A stretch of 32,000 nt of DNA, taken from the NCBI GenBank assembly GCA_964401865.1, contig CAYNZZ010000001.1:180001-212000 (forward strand), in the 5' to 3' direction. Below are positions 1-10,445 of the stretch, piece by piece; the stretch's first letter is position 1, and the number at the start of each line of letters is the position of its first letter. The notes beneath the pieces are model-generated. The model was not told the origin of the DNA. It saw only the letters and a program-made list of their open reading frames with translations, and ran no database searches. A program made the position numbers and the translations under genes. This stretch comes from an uncultured Erysipelotrichaceae bacterium. Its GTDB lineage: Bacteria; Bacillota_I; Bacilli_A; Erysipelotrichales; Erysipelotrichaceae.

Positions 1-883
1 ATCTTTTTCTTGTTTCAAATCCTTTCCATCCCATGTGCGGAGTAAGAATAACATTTGTCATATTATATAATGGGTTATCTTCTCTTGTTGGTTCTTCTTC
101 TTGAACATCAAGAGCAGCGCCTGCTATTACTTTATTATTTAAAGCTTCTATAAGCGCATCTTCATCGATTAAAGGTCCTCTTGCGGTATTGATGATATAA
201 GCAGTGTTTTTCATTTTAGCAAGTTCATTTTTTCCGATTAAATGGAAAGTTTCATCTTTTAATGGACAATGCAGGGACAAGAAATCTGAATTTTTAAGAA
301 CAGTATCTAGGTCGGTAAATTTGATACCATCTTGGTTTTCGCGTTTAGTTCTTGTATAAACTAAAACATCCATATCAAATGCTCTAGCTAATTTGGCAAC
401 ATTTTTTCCTATATTTCCATATCCGATTAAACCAAGTGTTTTATGTTGAATTTCGACATGAGGTACAGATAAATGGTTGGTGAAATTTGAATGATCGTTT
501 TTGCTTAACATATGCATTTGTGCACGCATACTAGAAGCCATATTTAGTATTAGCATCATACATGTCTGAGCGACACATTCTGTAGAATATGCAGGAATAT
601 TGCATACCGTTATTCCTTTTTCTTCGCAAGCTTTGACATCGATATTGTTGTAACCTGTTCCAGCTTCGCAAAGAAGATGTATAGATGCAGGGAATTGATC
701 GATGATTTCTTTTGGCAAAGGATATTCTTTGACAATGACAATTCCAACACCTTCAATGGCTTTTATTAATTCTTCATGAGTAAGATAAGGGTACACTGTA
801 AGGTCTTCGCCAATAATGCTGTAATCAATAGCGCCATCATAGTTAGTCTTTTCACCCTGTATGAGTGCGATTTTTGTATTCAT
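1..883 (-). CDS. D-isomer-specific 2-hydroxyacid dehydrogenase family protein (partial; C-terminus runs off the window start)
   Basis: Absent from the ORF track because it is open at the window edge. The reverse-strand translation from ATG (complement of 881-883) reads MNTKIALIQGEKTNYDGAIDYSIIGEDLTVYPYLTHEELIKAIEG... It contains the NAD-binding motif GLIGYGNIGKNVAKLA (GxGxxG), then INTARGPLIDE, then ILTPHMGW (catalytic His region). SD AAGGAGT (complement of 892-898) lies 8 nt upstream. Confidence 0.85.
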   Translation of the reverse strand, partial: MNTKIALIQGEKTNYDGAIDYSIIGEDLTVYPYLTHEELIKAIEGVGIVIVKEYPLPKEIIDQFPASIHLLCEAGTGYNNIDVKACEEKGITVCNIPAYSTECVAQTCMMLILNMASSMRAQMHMLSKNDHSNFTNHLSVPHVEIQHKTLGLIGYGNIGKNVAKLARAFDMDVLVYTRTKRENQDGIKFTDLDTVLKNSDFLSLHCPLKDETFHLIGKNELAKMKNTAYIINTARGPLIDEDALIEALNNKVIAGAALDVQEEEPTREDNPLYNMTNVILTPHMGWKGFETRKR

Positions 884-959
884 TTATTATAACTCCTTTT
901 CGCTTTTTTATTATTTTATCAAATATAATAATGTTATGATTATTAAAAAGGAGGATTTC

Positions 960-1904
960 ATGAAAATTGTTTTGTTAGAAGGCTTAGGAGTTAGCGACAA
1001 CATCATTAGCGAACACCAAGCCAAATTAGAAAAGATGGGGCACACTTTTGTGGCGTATCCAAAAGATGTTGATGCGAATGTTCAAAGCGAAAGAATCAAA
1101 GATGCTGATGTAGTGATGTTAGCGAATATGCCTCTTGATAAAAAAGCTGTTGAAGGTGCGGAAAATTTAAAGTTTATTGATGTAGCATTTACGGGTGTAG
1201 ATCACATTCCTATGGATGTGGCAAAGACTAAGAATATTACCGTTAGTAATGCTTCAGGTTACGCAACTTGTGCAGTAGCAGAACTTTGCATTGCTACAAT
1301 AATTGTTTCTTTGAGAAATGTCAAAAAAGTTCAAGACAGATGTCGAGAAGGTAAGACTAAAGATGGATTAGTAGGAACGTTATTAAATGGTAAGACTATC
1401 GGTATCGTTGGTGCTGGAGCAATAGGGAAGAAAGTAGCTTCCTTAGCTAAGGCGTTTGGCTGTCATGTGATTGCATATTCTAGAAGCACAATTAATGATC
1501 AAAATATTGATGAACAAGTTAGCTTAGACGAAGTAATGCAAAGAAGTGACATTGTATCTTTACATTGTCCCTTAACTGATGCTACAAGGGGAATGATTGA
1601 TGCATCAAAGATTGCATTGATGAAGAAGAGTGCTATTTTAGTAAATACGGCTAGAGGGGCAGTAGTTGATTCTAATGCATTAGCTGATGCTTTAAATGAA
1701 GAAAGAATTGCAGGAGCAGTAATTGATGTATTTGAAAAAGAACCGCCACTAGATACTAATCATCCACTACTTCACAGCAAAAACACTATCGTAACACCTC
1801 ACATTGCATTTGCCTCTAAGGAGTCGATGGAATTGAGAGCTGAGATAGTATTCAATAATTTATATTCTTGGTTAGAAGGTAACCCAGTCAACGTAGTTAA
1901 ATAA
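960..1904 (+). CDS. D-isomer-specific 2-hydroxyacid dehydrogenase family protein (PGDH/glycerate dehydrogenase-like)
   Basis: This is track ORF 861..1904 trimmed to ATG 960, which follows the SD aaaaaggagg (945-954). Motifs: GIVGAGAIGKKVASLA (GxGxxG), VNTARGAVVD, VIDVFEKEPP, VTPHIAF (the R/E/H catalytic set of the family). Confidence 0.85.
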   Translation: MKIVLLEGLGVSDNIISEHQAKLEKMGHTFVAYPKDVDANVQSERIKDADVVMLANMPLDKKAVEGAENLKFIDVAFTGVDHIPMDVAKTKNITVSNASGYATCAVAELCIATIIVSLRNVKKVQDRCREGKTKDGLVGTLLNGKTIGIVGAGAIGKKVASLAKAFGCHVIAYSRSTINDQNIDEQVSLDEVMQRSDIVSLHCPLTDATRGMIDASKIALMKKSAILVNTARGAVVDSNALADALNEERIAGAVIDVFEKEPPLDTNHPLLHSKNTIVTPHIAFASKESMELRAEIVFNNLYSWLEGNPVNVVK

Positions 1905-1922
1905 TTCAACGACTAATACAGC

Positions 1923-1961
1923 AAAAAACAGCATATCTATTATAAAAATATGCTGTTTTTT
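1923..1961. terminator. Bidirectional rho-independent terminator
   Basis: A perfect 14-bp inverted repeat, aaaaaacagcatat (1923-1936) / atatgctgtttttt (1948-1961), has an A-run on one side and a T-run on the other. It sits between convergent genes. Confidence 0.7.
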
Positions 1962-1984
1962 ATAGTCATTGATAATATTTAGAT

Positions 1985-2179
1985 TTATTCACCTTTATAG
2001 AAAAGGGTGTAGATGCTTGCTACTATACAGAAACCACCAACAAAATATGTGCTAATTTTCCATGAATCAGTTCCTAAGTATTGGAAAAATTCAGGTGGAT
2101 TATTAGTGAAAATTAACATACCACAACCGATTAAAGCAAATACTAATGAAATGATTACTCTTGTCTTATTTAATTTCAT
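1985..2179 (-). CDS. Small 2-TM membrane protein, unknown function (64 aa)
   Basis: The ORF has two hydrophobic spans (VIISLVFALIGCGMLIF and YFVGGFCIVASIYTLF). A GAGGT SD lies 4-5 nt upstream of the ATG. The start overlaps the stop of the upstream gene by 14 nt, suggesting translational coupling. Confidence 0.55.
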   Translation of the reverse strand: MKLNKTRVIISLVFALIGCGMLIFTNNPPEFFQYLGTDSWKISTYFVGGFCIVASIYTLFYKGE

Positions 2180-2717
2180 TTTTTACCTCACTATCTCTCT
2201 GCTTTTTTAAAATGATTAAGTGGACAATTGCAAATCCTAAAGCCATGGCTCCAAGAGCGATACTTAGAATCAAGGTGAAAGTGTCATACCCGGATACAGC
2301 AAGATTCAAAACAATGATTGGCAATAATAACATTGCCACAAAAACAATGCTGAGATTCTTTTTCTTAGACGTGTTCTTAACATTTCTGTCAATATAACTT
2401 TCCTTATATGGTCGCTTAAAGTCTGGAATGACAGATAATGAACTTAAAAAACGTTTTCTGAACACGAATGAATAGGCAATGTATGTAGAAACACCAACTA
2501 TAAATCCATAAAAGTAGTTATTATCCAAGAACAAAGAACTCAAATAACCGACTAGAACCGATACTAACAATCTTATTGAGTAGTTAGTATAACTATTGTA
2601 TTTATTAGGTGGAATAATATATCCATTCTTGGTAATGAAATCATAATATACTGTGCGACCTTTTTTGTCGGTATATATATTCATACCACTTATTTCTATC
2701 TTTTTCTCTTCACTCAT
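2166..2717 (-). CDS. Membrane protein, unknown function (183 aa; ~45-aa soluble N-terminus plus about 4 TM)
   Basis: A GAGGT SD lies 5-6 nt upstream of the ATG (complement of 2715-2717). The N-terminus is hydrophilic (IYTDKKGRTVYYDFITKNGYIIPPNKYNSY) and is followed by hydrophobic helices. I recognise no family by eye. Confidence 0.65.
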   Translation of the reverse strand: MSEEKKIEISGMNIYTDKKGRTVYYDFITKNGYIIPPNKYNSYTNYSIRLLVSVLVGYLSSLFLDNNYFYGFIVGVSTYIAYSFVFRKRFLSSLSVIPDFKRPYKESYIDRNVKNTSKKKNLSIVFVAMLLLPIIVLNLAVSGYDTFTLILSIALGAMALGFAIVHLIILKKQRDSEVKNEIK

Positions 2718-2902
2718 AATGACCTCATCTTTGTATTGATATATAAATATAATAACTCATATGTCGAAAAAGAGAAAGAATGATTGAAACAAGAAAAAAT
2801 AATTGTAAAAAATATAAAATTATGTGTCATTCATATATATGAAAGAGAGGATAAAGTTTATCAATTTTTTAACAAATTTTAAGAAAAATGATACAGCTTA
2901 CA

Positions 2903-2931
2903 TTGACATAAAATACTTAAAATTATAGAAT
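2903..2931 (+). promoter_or_regulatory. Sigma-A type promoter of the isochorismatase-family gene
   Basis: -35 TTGACA (2903-2908), an exact 17-nt spacer, and -10 TAGAAT (2926-2931). The SD gaaaggtgg (2941-2949) and ATG 2961 follow. Confidence 0.6.
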
Positions 2932-2960
2932 GAAGACATAGAAAGGTGGATTTTAAAATT

Positions 2961-3659
2961 ATGGCAAGAAATGCTTTTATCATCATCGACATGCAAAAGG
3001 ACTTCAACGTTCCTGGCGCTCCATTCCGCGTTGACTGCGGTTTAGAAGCTCTTCCTTACATCGAAGAAGCTTTGAAAGCTACTCGTGAATCAAACGTACC
3101 TGTATTCCACGTATTCCGTTACTACCGTGCTAACGGTGTTGACTGTGAAATCACTCGTTACGATGCATTCAAGAGCAAAGGTTTCCATGGTTGTACAGTT
3201 GCTGAAGACGGCGCTCAAATTATGGAATCAATCAAACCAATCGCTGGAGAATACCAAATCGTTAAACAACGTTGGTCAGCATTCTTTAACACTGAATTAG
3301 ACATGATTCTTCGTCGTCTAGGTGTTAAACAAGTTATCTTAACAGGTGTTCAAACTCCTAACTGTATCCGTGGAACTGTTTGGGATGCTAACTCATTAGA
3401 TTACGAAGTTATCGTATTAACTGATGCAACTAATGCTAAGACTCCTGAAGTACACCAAGCTAACTTATTCGATATGGCTAACATCGGTATCAAATTAATG
3501 ACTACTGCTGAATATGTAGAAATCTTAAAGAAAGATCCTGATGGACCAGAAGCTACATTCCAAGAAAGAATTCGTAGCGAAATCGAAACAGCTAAGAACC
3601 TTCCTGAACCATATGATATGTATGATTACACATCTAAATATGGCGAATATTGGAAATAA
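2961..3659 (+). CDS. Isochorismatase-family cysteine hydrolase
   Basis: This is track ORF 2946..3659 trimmed to ATG 2961 for better SD spacing; GTG 2946 remains possible. Family D-K-C signature: IIIDMQKDF (Asp), QIVKQRWSAF (Lys), LTGVQTPNCIRGT (nucleophile Cys). A ~45-aa C-terminal tail (KKDPDGPEATFQERIRSEIETAKNLPEPYDMYDYTSKYGEYWK) extends beyond the usual fold. Confidence 0.85.
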   Translation: MARNAFIIIDMQKDFNVPGAPFRVDCGLEALPYIEEALKATRESNVPVFHVFRYYRANGVDCEITRYDAFKSKGFHGCTVAEDGAQIMESIKPIAGEYQIVKQRWSAFFNTELDMILRRLGVKQVILTGVQTPNCIRGTVWDANSLDYEVIVLTDATNAKTPEVHQANLFDMANIGIKLMTTAEYVEILKKDPDGPEATFQERIRSEIETAKNLPEPYDMYDYTSKYGEYWK

Positions 3660-3688
3660 TTACTGCTAGAAATTAGATAACTGATGAA

Positions 3689-3716
3689 AGTCACCTCAAA
3701 AGAGGTGGCTTTTTAT
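3689..3716 (+). terminator. Rho-independent terminator
   Basis: The stem agtcacctc (3689-3697) / gaggtggct (3702-3710) contains one G-U pair, encloses a 4-nt loop, and is followed by ttttt. Confidence 0.7.
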
Positions 3717-3795
3717 ATTTATAAGTTGTTTAAAACTTGTTAATTTATATATAATATATATGAAAGAAATTATGTGATTTTGTTGTGATTGCATA

Positions 3796-3824
3796 TAGAC
3801 AAAAAAAGCATAAACAACTATAAT
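3796..3824 (+). promoter_or_regulatory. Candidate sigma-A promoter of the atp operon
   Basis: -35 TAGACA (3796-3801), a 17-nt spacer, and -10 TATAAT (3819-3824), about 25 nt upstream of the atpI start. Confidence 0.45.
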
Positions 3825-3848
3825 TTCTTTTAAGTGGGAAGGAGAAAA

Positions 3849-4160
3849 ATGCTTAAGAAAAAGTTAGTTCTAATTGTAATTATTTTGGTATCTGCAATTA
3901 TTGATTGGCGTATTTCTGTTGGCATTATAGTAGGCTACCCTTTCTCGCTCTTGCACTCATGGTTATTAAAAGCTCGTTTTTCGAGTTTAACCACACATAA
4001 AGCAGGACTTAACAAAGCAGGTTTAGGATTATTAGTTCTAGCCATGCCCATGTTGATTTCGATGCTTTTACCTCAGTATGTGCATTTTATCGGAGTATTT
4101 ATTGGATTAATATACGAAAAATACTCATTATTTGTACAAAGCATAAGGAATAAAGGATAA
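3849..4160 (+). CDS. atpI: Putative ATP synthase protein I (AtpI-like small membrane protein)
   Basis: This is track ORF 3834..4160 trimmed to ATG 3849, which follows the SD ggaaggag (3837-3844). The protein is hydrophobic, ~103 aa, and sits immediately upstream of atpB. The assignment rests on position and topology only. Confidence 0.55.
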   Translation: MLKKKLVLIVIILVSAIIDWRISVGIIVGYPFSLLHSWLLKARFSSLTTHKAGLNKAGLGLLVLAMPMLISMLLPQYVHFIGVFIGLIYEKYSLFVQSIRNKG

Positions 4161-4165
4161 GAATT

Positions 4166-4894
4166 ATGACAATTACTATTCAATCGCAAGTACCAGTAAT
4201 TTTGGGAATAACAATAGTAGTTATCCTATGTGCTTTATATGTTGGAAAAAAGCTTAGTCAATTTGATCCGTTCGATGAACCTAAGGGGATTGTACTTGTA
4301 GCCTTGACAATCGTTGAATTTATCGGAGGATTTGTTGAAGATATCGTATCATACAAATATCTCGATACTATGGGGCCATATATTTGTACGATAGCAGTGT
4401 ATATCTTGATTTCCAACTATATTGGTTTGCTTGGATTTCCAACGCCAACATCTAACTTTAGTGTAACGCTATCGTTAGCTCTTGTGACTTGGATTTTGAT
4501 TCAAGCTACCGATATCAAGTACTCAGGATTGAAGAGTTACATTCATTCATACTTTGAACCAGTATTTGTGTTTGTTATTCCAAATCTCTTTGGTGCTCTT
4601 GCGCCGCTTATTTCCATGTCTCTACGTTTGTTCGGTAACTTAATATCTGGAACAATCATTATGAGCTTGGTATATGCATTCACAGGCTTTGCATCAAACT
4701 TAATTATCGGATGGATTCCTGTAATTGGAAAATTCGATATTATAGCAATGGTGCTTGCGCCACCTCTCCACGCGTTTTTTGACTTATTCTCGGGTGGAAT
4801 TCAAATGTTCATATTTATCATGTTAACCATGGTATTCGTCGGTTCAAAAGTACCAGACGAAGAAAAAGTAAAGACTATCAAAGGAGGAAATTAA
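4166..4894 (+). CDS. atpB: F0F1 ATP synthase subunit a
   Basis: A polytopic membrane protein carrying the conserved stator motif LSLRLFGNLISG (essential Arg). It occupies the expected position in the atp operon. Confidence 0.9.
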   Translation: MTITIQSQVPVILGITIVVILCALYVGKKLSQFDPFDEPKGIVLVALTIVEFIGGFVEDIVSYKYLDTMGPYICTIAVYILISNYIGLLGFPTPTSNFSVTLSLALVTWILIQATDIKYSGLKSYIHSYFEPVFVFVIPNLFGALAPLISMSLRLFGNLISGTIIMSLVYAFTGFASNLIIGWIPVIGKFDIIAMVLAPPLHAFFDLFSGGIQMFIFIMLTMVFVGSKVPDEEKVKTIKGGN

Positions 4895-4895
4895 A

Positions 4896-5132
4896 ATGGA
4901 ATTAGGATTAGTCGCTATTGGCGCTGCAATCGCAGTATTTACAGGTGCTTTAACAACTATCGGAGAAAGCTGGACTGCTCGTCAAGCTGTAGAATCAGTA
5001 AGTAAGAATCCAGAAGCTGAAAGTAAAATCAGAACAATGCTTATCTTAGGTTGTGGTCTAGCTGAAACTTGTGCCATCTATGGTATGCTTGTATCATTCT
5101 TAATCATTTTCGTTTTAGGCGGAAAAATTTAA
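4896..5132 (+). CDS. atpE: F0F1 ATP synthase subunit c
   Basis: A 78-aa helical hairpin with a KNPE polar loop and the ion-binding carboxylate in GLAETCAIYG. Confidence 0.92.
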   Translation: MELGLVAIGAAIAVFTGALTTIGESWTARQAVESVSKNPEAESKIRTMLILGCGLAETCAIYGMLVSFLIIFVLGGKI

Positions 5133-5151
5133 AGCGTGGTAGGGAAAAGTT

Positions 5152-5664
5152 ATGTTAAACTTTGATGTTCAAGGAGCACTATTCCCTAATCCATTTACAA
5201 TGTTTATTCAACTGTGTGCCACTTTCGTGTTGTTCTATGTAATCAAGAAGTTTGTTTGGAAACCTGCTCAAGAAATCATGGCAAAGAGAAGTGCGAAAAT
5301 GCAAGCTGCTCTATCAGATGCTGATAAGGCCAGAGAAGAAGCTATTCAACAATTATCCGATGCGAAAGATGAACTATCTAAAGCTTACGAGTCTTCAACT
5401 GAAATCGTAAACAGTGCTAAGCAAGAAGCTACGCAATTAAAAGAACAAATGATTCAAGAAGCAAAACGCGAATCACAAGCTCGTCGTGAAGAAGTTGAAA
5501 GACTTATTGAGTTACATAAGAAAGAAGTTGAAAATCAACTTCATGATGAAATTGTCACTGTTGCTATGGCTGCTACAGCCAAGTTATTGAATGAGAAGGC
5601 AACTTCTAAAGATGATGATGCAGCAATTGATAAGTTTGTCAGCGAACTTGAGAAGAAATCATGA
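5152..5664 (+). CDS. atpF: F0F1 ATP synthase subunit b
   Basis: An N-terminal TM helix (FIQLCATFVLFYVIKKFVW) is followed by a long charged coiled-coil. The gene is in the expected operon position and overlaps atpH at an ATGA. Confidence 0.85.
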   Translation: MLNFDVQGALFPNPFTMFIQLCATFVLFYVIKKFVWKPAQEIMAKRSAKMQAALSDADKAREEAIQQLSDAKDELSKAYESSTEIVNSAKQEATQLKEQMIQEAKRESQARREEVERLIELHKKEVENQLHDEIVTVAMAATAKLLNEKATSKDDDAAIDKFVSELEKKS

Positions 5665-6209
5665 ACGAATTAGCAAAGACATATGCAGAAGCTTTATTTG
5701 CACTAGCATTAGAAGAGAAGAAAGTTGATGATTTTAAAAAAGACATTAAAGTTATCGAAGCTTCTTTTAAAGATGTAGAAGGTGCAAAGAAATTTTTTGC
5801 ATCAGTAAAAATTTCAAAAGCTGACAAAAAAGAAGTATTTAGTTCAAACTTTAAAGGGAAAGTTAACCCAGAGGTTATTAATTTCCTTTGTCTTCTTGTT
5901 GATCGTGGAAGAATTTCACATTATGCTGATATATTCCATGAATTCATTCATTTATGTAATGATGAATTAGGTATTAAAGAAGGCATTGTAGAAACACCAA
6001 GACCTATTTCTGAAGATAAGATCAAAGAATTAGAAAAAGCATTAAGCAAAGATGGTGTTACTGTTGAATTAAAAACTAAGTTAAATACGACATTGATATC
6101 AGGGTTTAGAGTCATCTTTGATGACAAGATCATTGATACTAGCATGAAGAAGAAAATTAACCAATTGAATGAAATGTTATTAAGAAAGGATGTGAGCCTA
6201 TGGAACTAA
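5661..6209 (+). CDS. atpH: F0F1 ATP synthase subunit delta (OSCP)
   Basis: The N-terminus [16 protein letters not shown] is typical of delta subunits, and [24 protein letters not shown] is the conserved C-terminal element. Operon position fits. Confidence 0.85.
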   Translation: MNELAKTYAEALFALALEEKKVDDFKKDIKVIEASFKDVEGAKKFFASVKISKADKKEVFSSNFKGKVNPEVINFLCLLVDRGRISHYADIFHEFIHLCNDELGIKEGIVETPRPISEDKIKELEKALSKDGVTVELKTKLNTTLISGFRVIFDDKIIDTSMKKKINQLNEMLLRKDVSLWN

Positions 6210-7720
6210 AACCAGGTGAGATAAGCGCCTTAATTAAGGAACAAATTCGTCACTATGAAGATCAACTTGTTTCTGATGATGTGGGTATAGTTGTCAAAGT
6301 CGGTGATGGTATCGCGACAGTTCAAGGCCTAGAAAAGGCTATGTCGTCTGAGCTATTAGTTTTCCCAGGTGATGTCTATGGTATGGTATTAAACCTTGAA
6401 GAGGGAAGTATTGGTGCCGTTTTAATGGGTTCTGATACTAACATTAAAGAGGGTGATGAAGTTCGTAGAACTGGCCGTATTGTAGAAGTACCAGTAGGCG
6501 ATTGCATGATTGGTAGAGTTGTAAATGCTCTAGGTCAAGCAATTGATGGTGGGGAACCTATTAAATCCGACAAATATCGTCCAGTTGAGAGAGTTGCTCC
6601 AGGTGTTATGACTAGAAAATCAGTACATCAACCTTTGATGACTGGTTTAAAAGCAATTGACTCAATGATTCCTATCGGAAAAGGACAAAGAGAATTGATT
6701 ATTGGTGATAGACAAACTGGTAAAACAGCTATTGCTATTGATACAATTCTTAATCAAAAAAATAAAAACGTATTATGTATTTATGTAGCTATTGGACAAA
6801 AAGCTAGTACAGTAGCACAAATTGTTGAAAAATTAAGAGTAAATGGAGCGATGGAATATACTACAATCGTAGCTGCTACAGCTTCTGAGTTGTCTCCGCT
6901 TCAATATATTGCGCCATATGCAGGATGTGCTATTGGTGAAGAATGGATGGAAAACGGTAAAGATGTATTGATCGTCTATGATGATTTGTCTAAGCATGCC
7001 GTTGCCTATCGTACAATGTCTCTATTACTTAGAAGACCACCAGGAAGAGAAGCTTACCCAGGTGATGTATTCTACTTGCATTCAAGATTGTTAGAAAGAG
7101 CTGCAAAGCTTAACGATGAATTAGGTGGAGGTTCTTTAACTGCCCTTCCTATTATTGAAACACAAGCTGGTGATATCTCTGCTTATATCCCAACTAATGT
7201 AATTTCAATTACTGATGGACAAATTTTCCTACAAACAGAATTGTTCAATAGTGGTGTTCGCCCAGCTATCGATACTGGTTTATCTGTATCCAGAGTTGGT
7301 AGTGCTGCTCAAACCAAGGCTGTTAAATCAGTTGCAGGTTCATTAAAACTAGAGTTAGCACAATATAACGAAATGCTATCATTTGCTCAGTTTGGTAGTG
7401 ACTTAGATGCTGCTACTAAAGCGACAATCGAACATGGACAACGTTTAACAGAGTTGTTGAAACAAGCACAATACTCTCCATTAACTATGTCTGAACAAGT
7501 TCTTTCACTATTTGCAGCAAAATATGGCTTCTTAAAGACTATCGAAACAGAAAAAGTACGTGTGTTTGAAAAATACATGCACACATATTTCAAGAAAAAA
7601 CATTCTGAAATCGTTGATGAGTTAGAAGAAAAAGGCATCATTTCAAACGAATTAAAAGAAAAGATGACTTCTGCTATGAGCGATTGTTTAAAAGAATATA
7701 AAGCAGCTTACGGAGCATAA
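6200..7720 (+). CDS. atpA: F0F1 ATP synthase subunit alpha
   Basis: Walker [14 protein letters not shown]; [15 protein letters not shown]; [29 protein letters not shown]. Confidence 0.97.
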   Translation: MELKPGEISALIKEQIRHYEDQLVSDDVGIVVKVGDGIATVQGLEKAMSSELLVFPGDVYGMVLNLEEGSIGAVLMGSDTNIKEGDEVRRTGRIVEVPVGDCMIGRVVNALGQAIDGGEPIKSDKYRPVERVAPGVMTRKSVHQPLMTGLKAIDSMIPIGKGQRELIIGDRQTGKTAIAIDTILNQKNKNVLCIYVAIGQKASTVAQIVEKLRVNGAMEYTTIVAATASELSPLQYIAPYAGCAIGEEWMENGKDVLIVYDDLSKHAVAYRTMSLLLRRPPGREAYPGDVFYLHSRLLERAAKLNDELGGGSLTALPIIETQAGDISAYIPTNVISITDGQIFLQTELFNSGVRPAIDTGLSVSRVGSAAQTKAVKSVAGSLKLELAQYNEMLSFAQFGSDLDAATKATIEHGQRLTELLKQAQYSPLTMSEQVLSLFAAKYGFLKTIETEKVRVFEKYMHTYFKKKHSEIVDELEEKGIISNELKEKMTSAMSDCLKEYKAAYGA

Positions 7721-7722
7721 TT

Positions 7723-8565
7723 ATGGCTCGAAATAAAGCTGCTTTAAAATCACGCATCAAATCAGTTACTGCAACTAAAAAAATTACTGGAGCAATGGAG
7801 TTAATCGCAAATGCGAAGCTTTCAAAAGAAAGAAATATTCTTTTGAAGAATAAAGAATATTCTACTGCTCTAGAAAATATGATGGGTGAGATAATTTCTG
7901 CTCATGGAAATATTAAGAATACATATTTAGAAGAGAAAACTTCTCCTTCAAAGTTATATTTTGTATTCTTGAGTGACTTGGGCTTATGTGGCGCTTATAA
8001 TGCTAATGTTATTAAATTGGCAAATAGTGTTATCAATAAAGAAGAAGACTATTTATATATCATTGGTAAAAATCAGTATAGTTGGTTTACAAGAAATGAA
8101 TATCATGTGTTAAATGATATGATTGGAACTGATGAAATTAAGTATCTTGGTTTAAAGCAATTAGTTCAAGATGCTATTGAAAAATTCCGTAACAATGAAA
8201 TTTCTTCAATCAATTGTATTTATACTAAATTCATCAACAATATTACCTTTGAACCTGGTGTAGATAAAATCTTGCCAGTAAGTAGAGAAGATAATACACA
8301 TGATGACTTTAAAGAAATTATCTTTGATCCAAAACCTGAATTGATTTTGGATGCACTAATTCCAATGGCGACTATAAATTCTGTTTATTATCATTGGGTT
8401 CAAGCTAAGACTTCTGAACAAGGTTCTAGAAGATTTGCGATGGAAAATGCTACTGATAATGCAGGTGAACTAGTTGATAATTTAGTTCTTCAATATAACC
8501 AAGCAAGACAAGCTGCAATCACGCAAGAAATTACAGAAATAATTGGAGGCGCTGATGCATTGTAG
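7723..8565 (+). CDS. atpG: F0F1 ATP synthase subunit gamma
   Basis: N-terminus IKSVTATKKITGAMELIANAKL; C-terminus YNQARQAAITQEITEIIGGADAL. Confidence 0.93.
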   Translation: MARNKAALKSRIKSVTATKKITGAMELIANAKLSKERNILLKNKEYSTALENMMGEIISAHGNIKNTYLEEKTSPSKLYFVFLSDLGLCGAYNANVIKLANSVINKEEDYLYIIGKNQYSWFTRNEYHVLNDMIGTDEIKYLGLKQLVQDAIEKFRNNEISSINCIYTKFINNITFEPGVDKILPVSREDNTHDDFKEIIFDPKPELILDALIPMATINSVYYHWVQAKTSEQGSRRFAMENATDNAGELVDNLVLQYNQARQAAITQEITEIIGGADAL

Positions 8566-10369
<1,804 letters not shown>

Positions 10370-10410
10370 TCAAGTCTTAACAAGAATTGATAAAATTAAT
10401 CTAATAAAAT

Positions 10411-10445
10411 AGGATAGTCAGTATATGATTGGCTATCCTTTTTTC
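10411..10445 (+). terminator. Rho-independent terminator of the atp operon
   Basis: The stem aggatagtca (10411-10420) / tggctatcct (10430-10439) has one G-U pair and is followed by tttttt. Confidence 0.7.

Noticed and set aside
861-959. N-terminal extension of track ORF 861..1904 (MSAIFVFIYYNSFSLFYYFIKYNNVMIIKKEDF...)
   Set aside because: The extension overlaps the start codon and SD of the divergent dehydrogenase. It translates AT-rich intergenic DNA into F/Y/I/N-rich sequence. The strong SD aaaaaggagg directly precedes the internal ATG at 960.
2013-2397. Two plus-strand ORFs (2013..2210 and 2161..2397)
   Set aside because: Both lie antisense to two SD-supported minus-strand membrane-protein genes. 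They have no SD and no recognisable protein features, so they are typical shadow ORFs.
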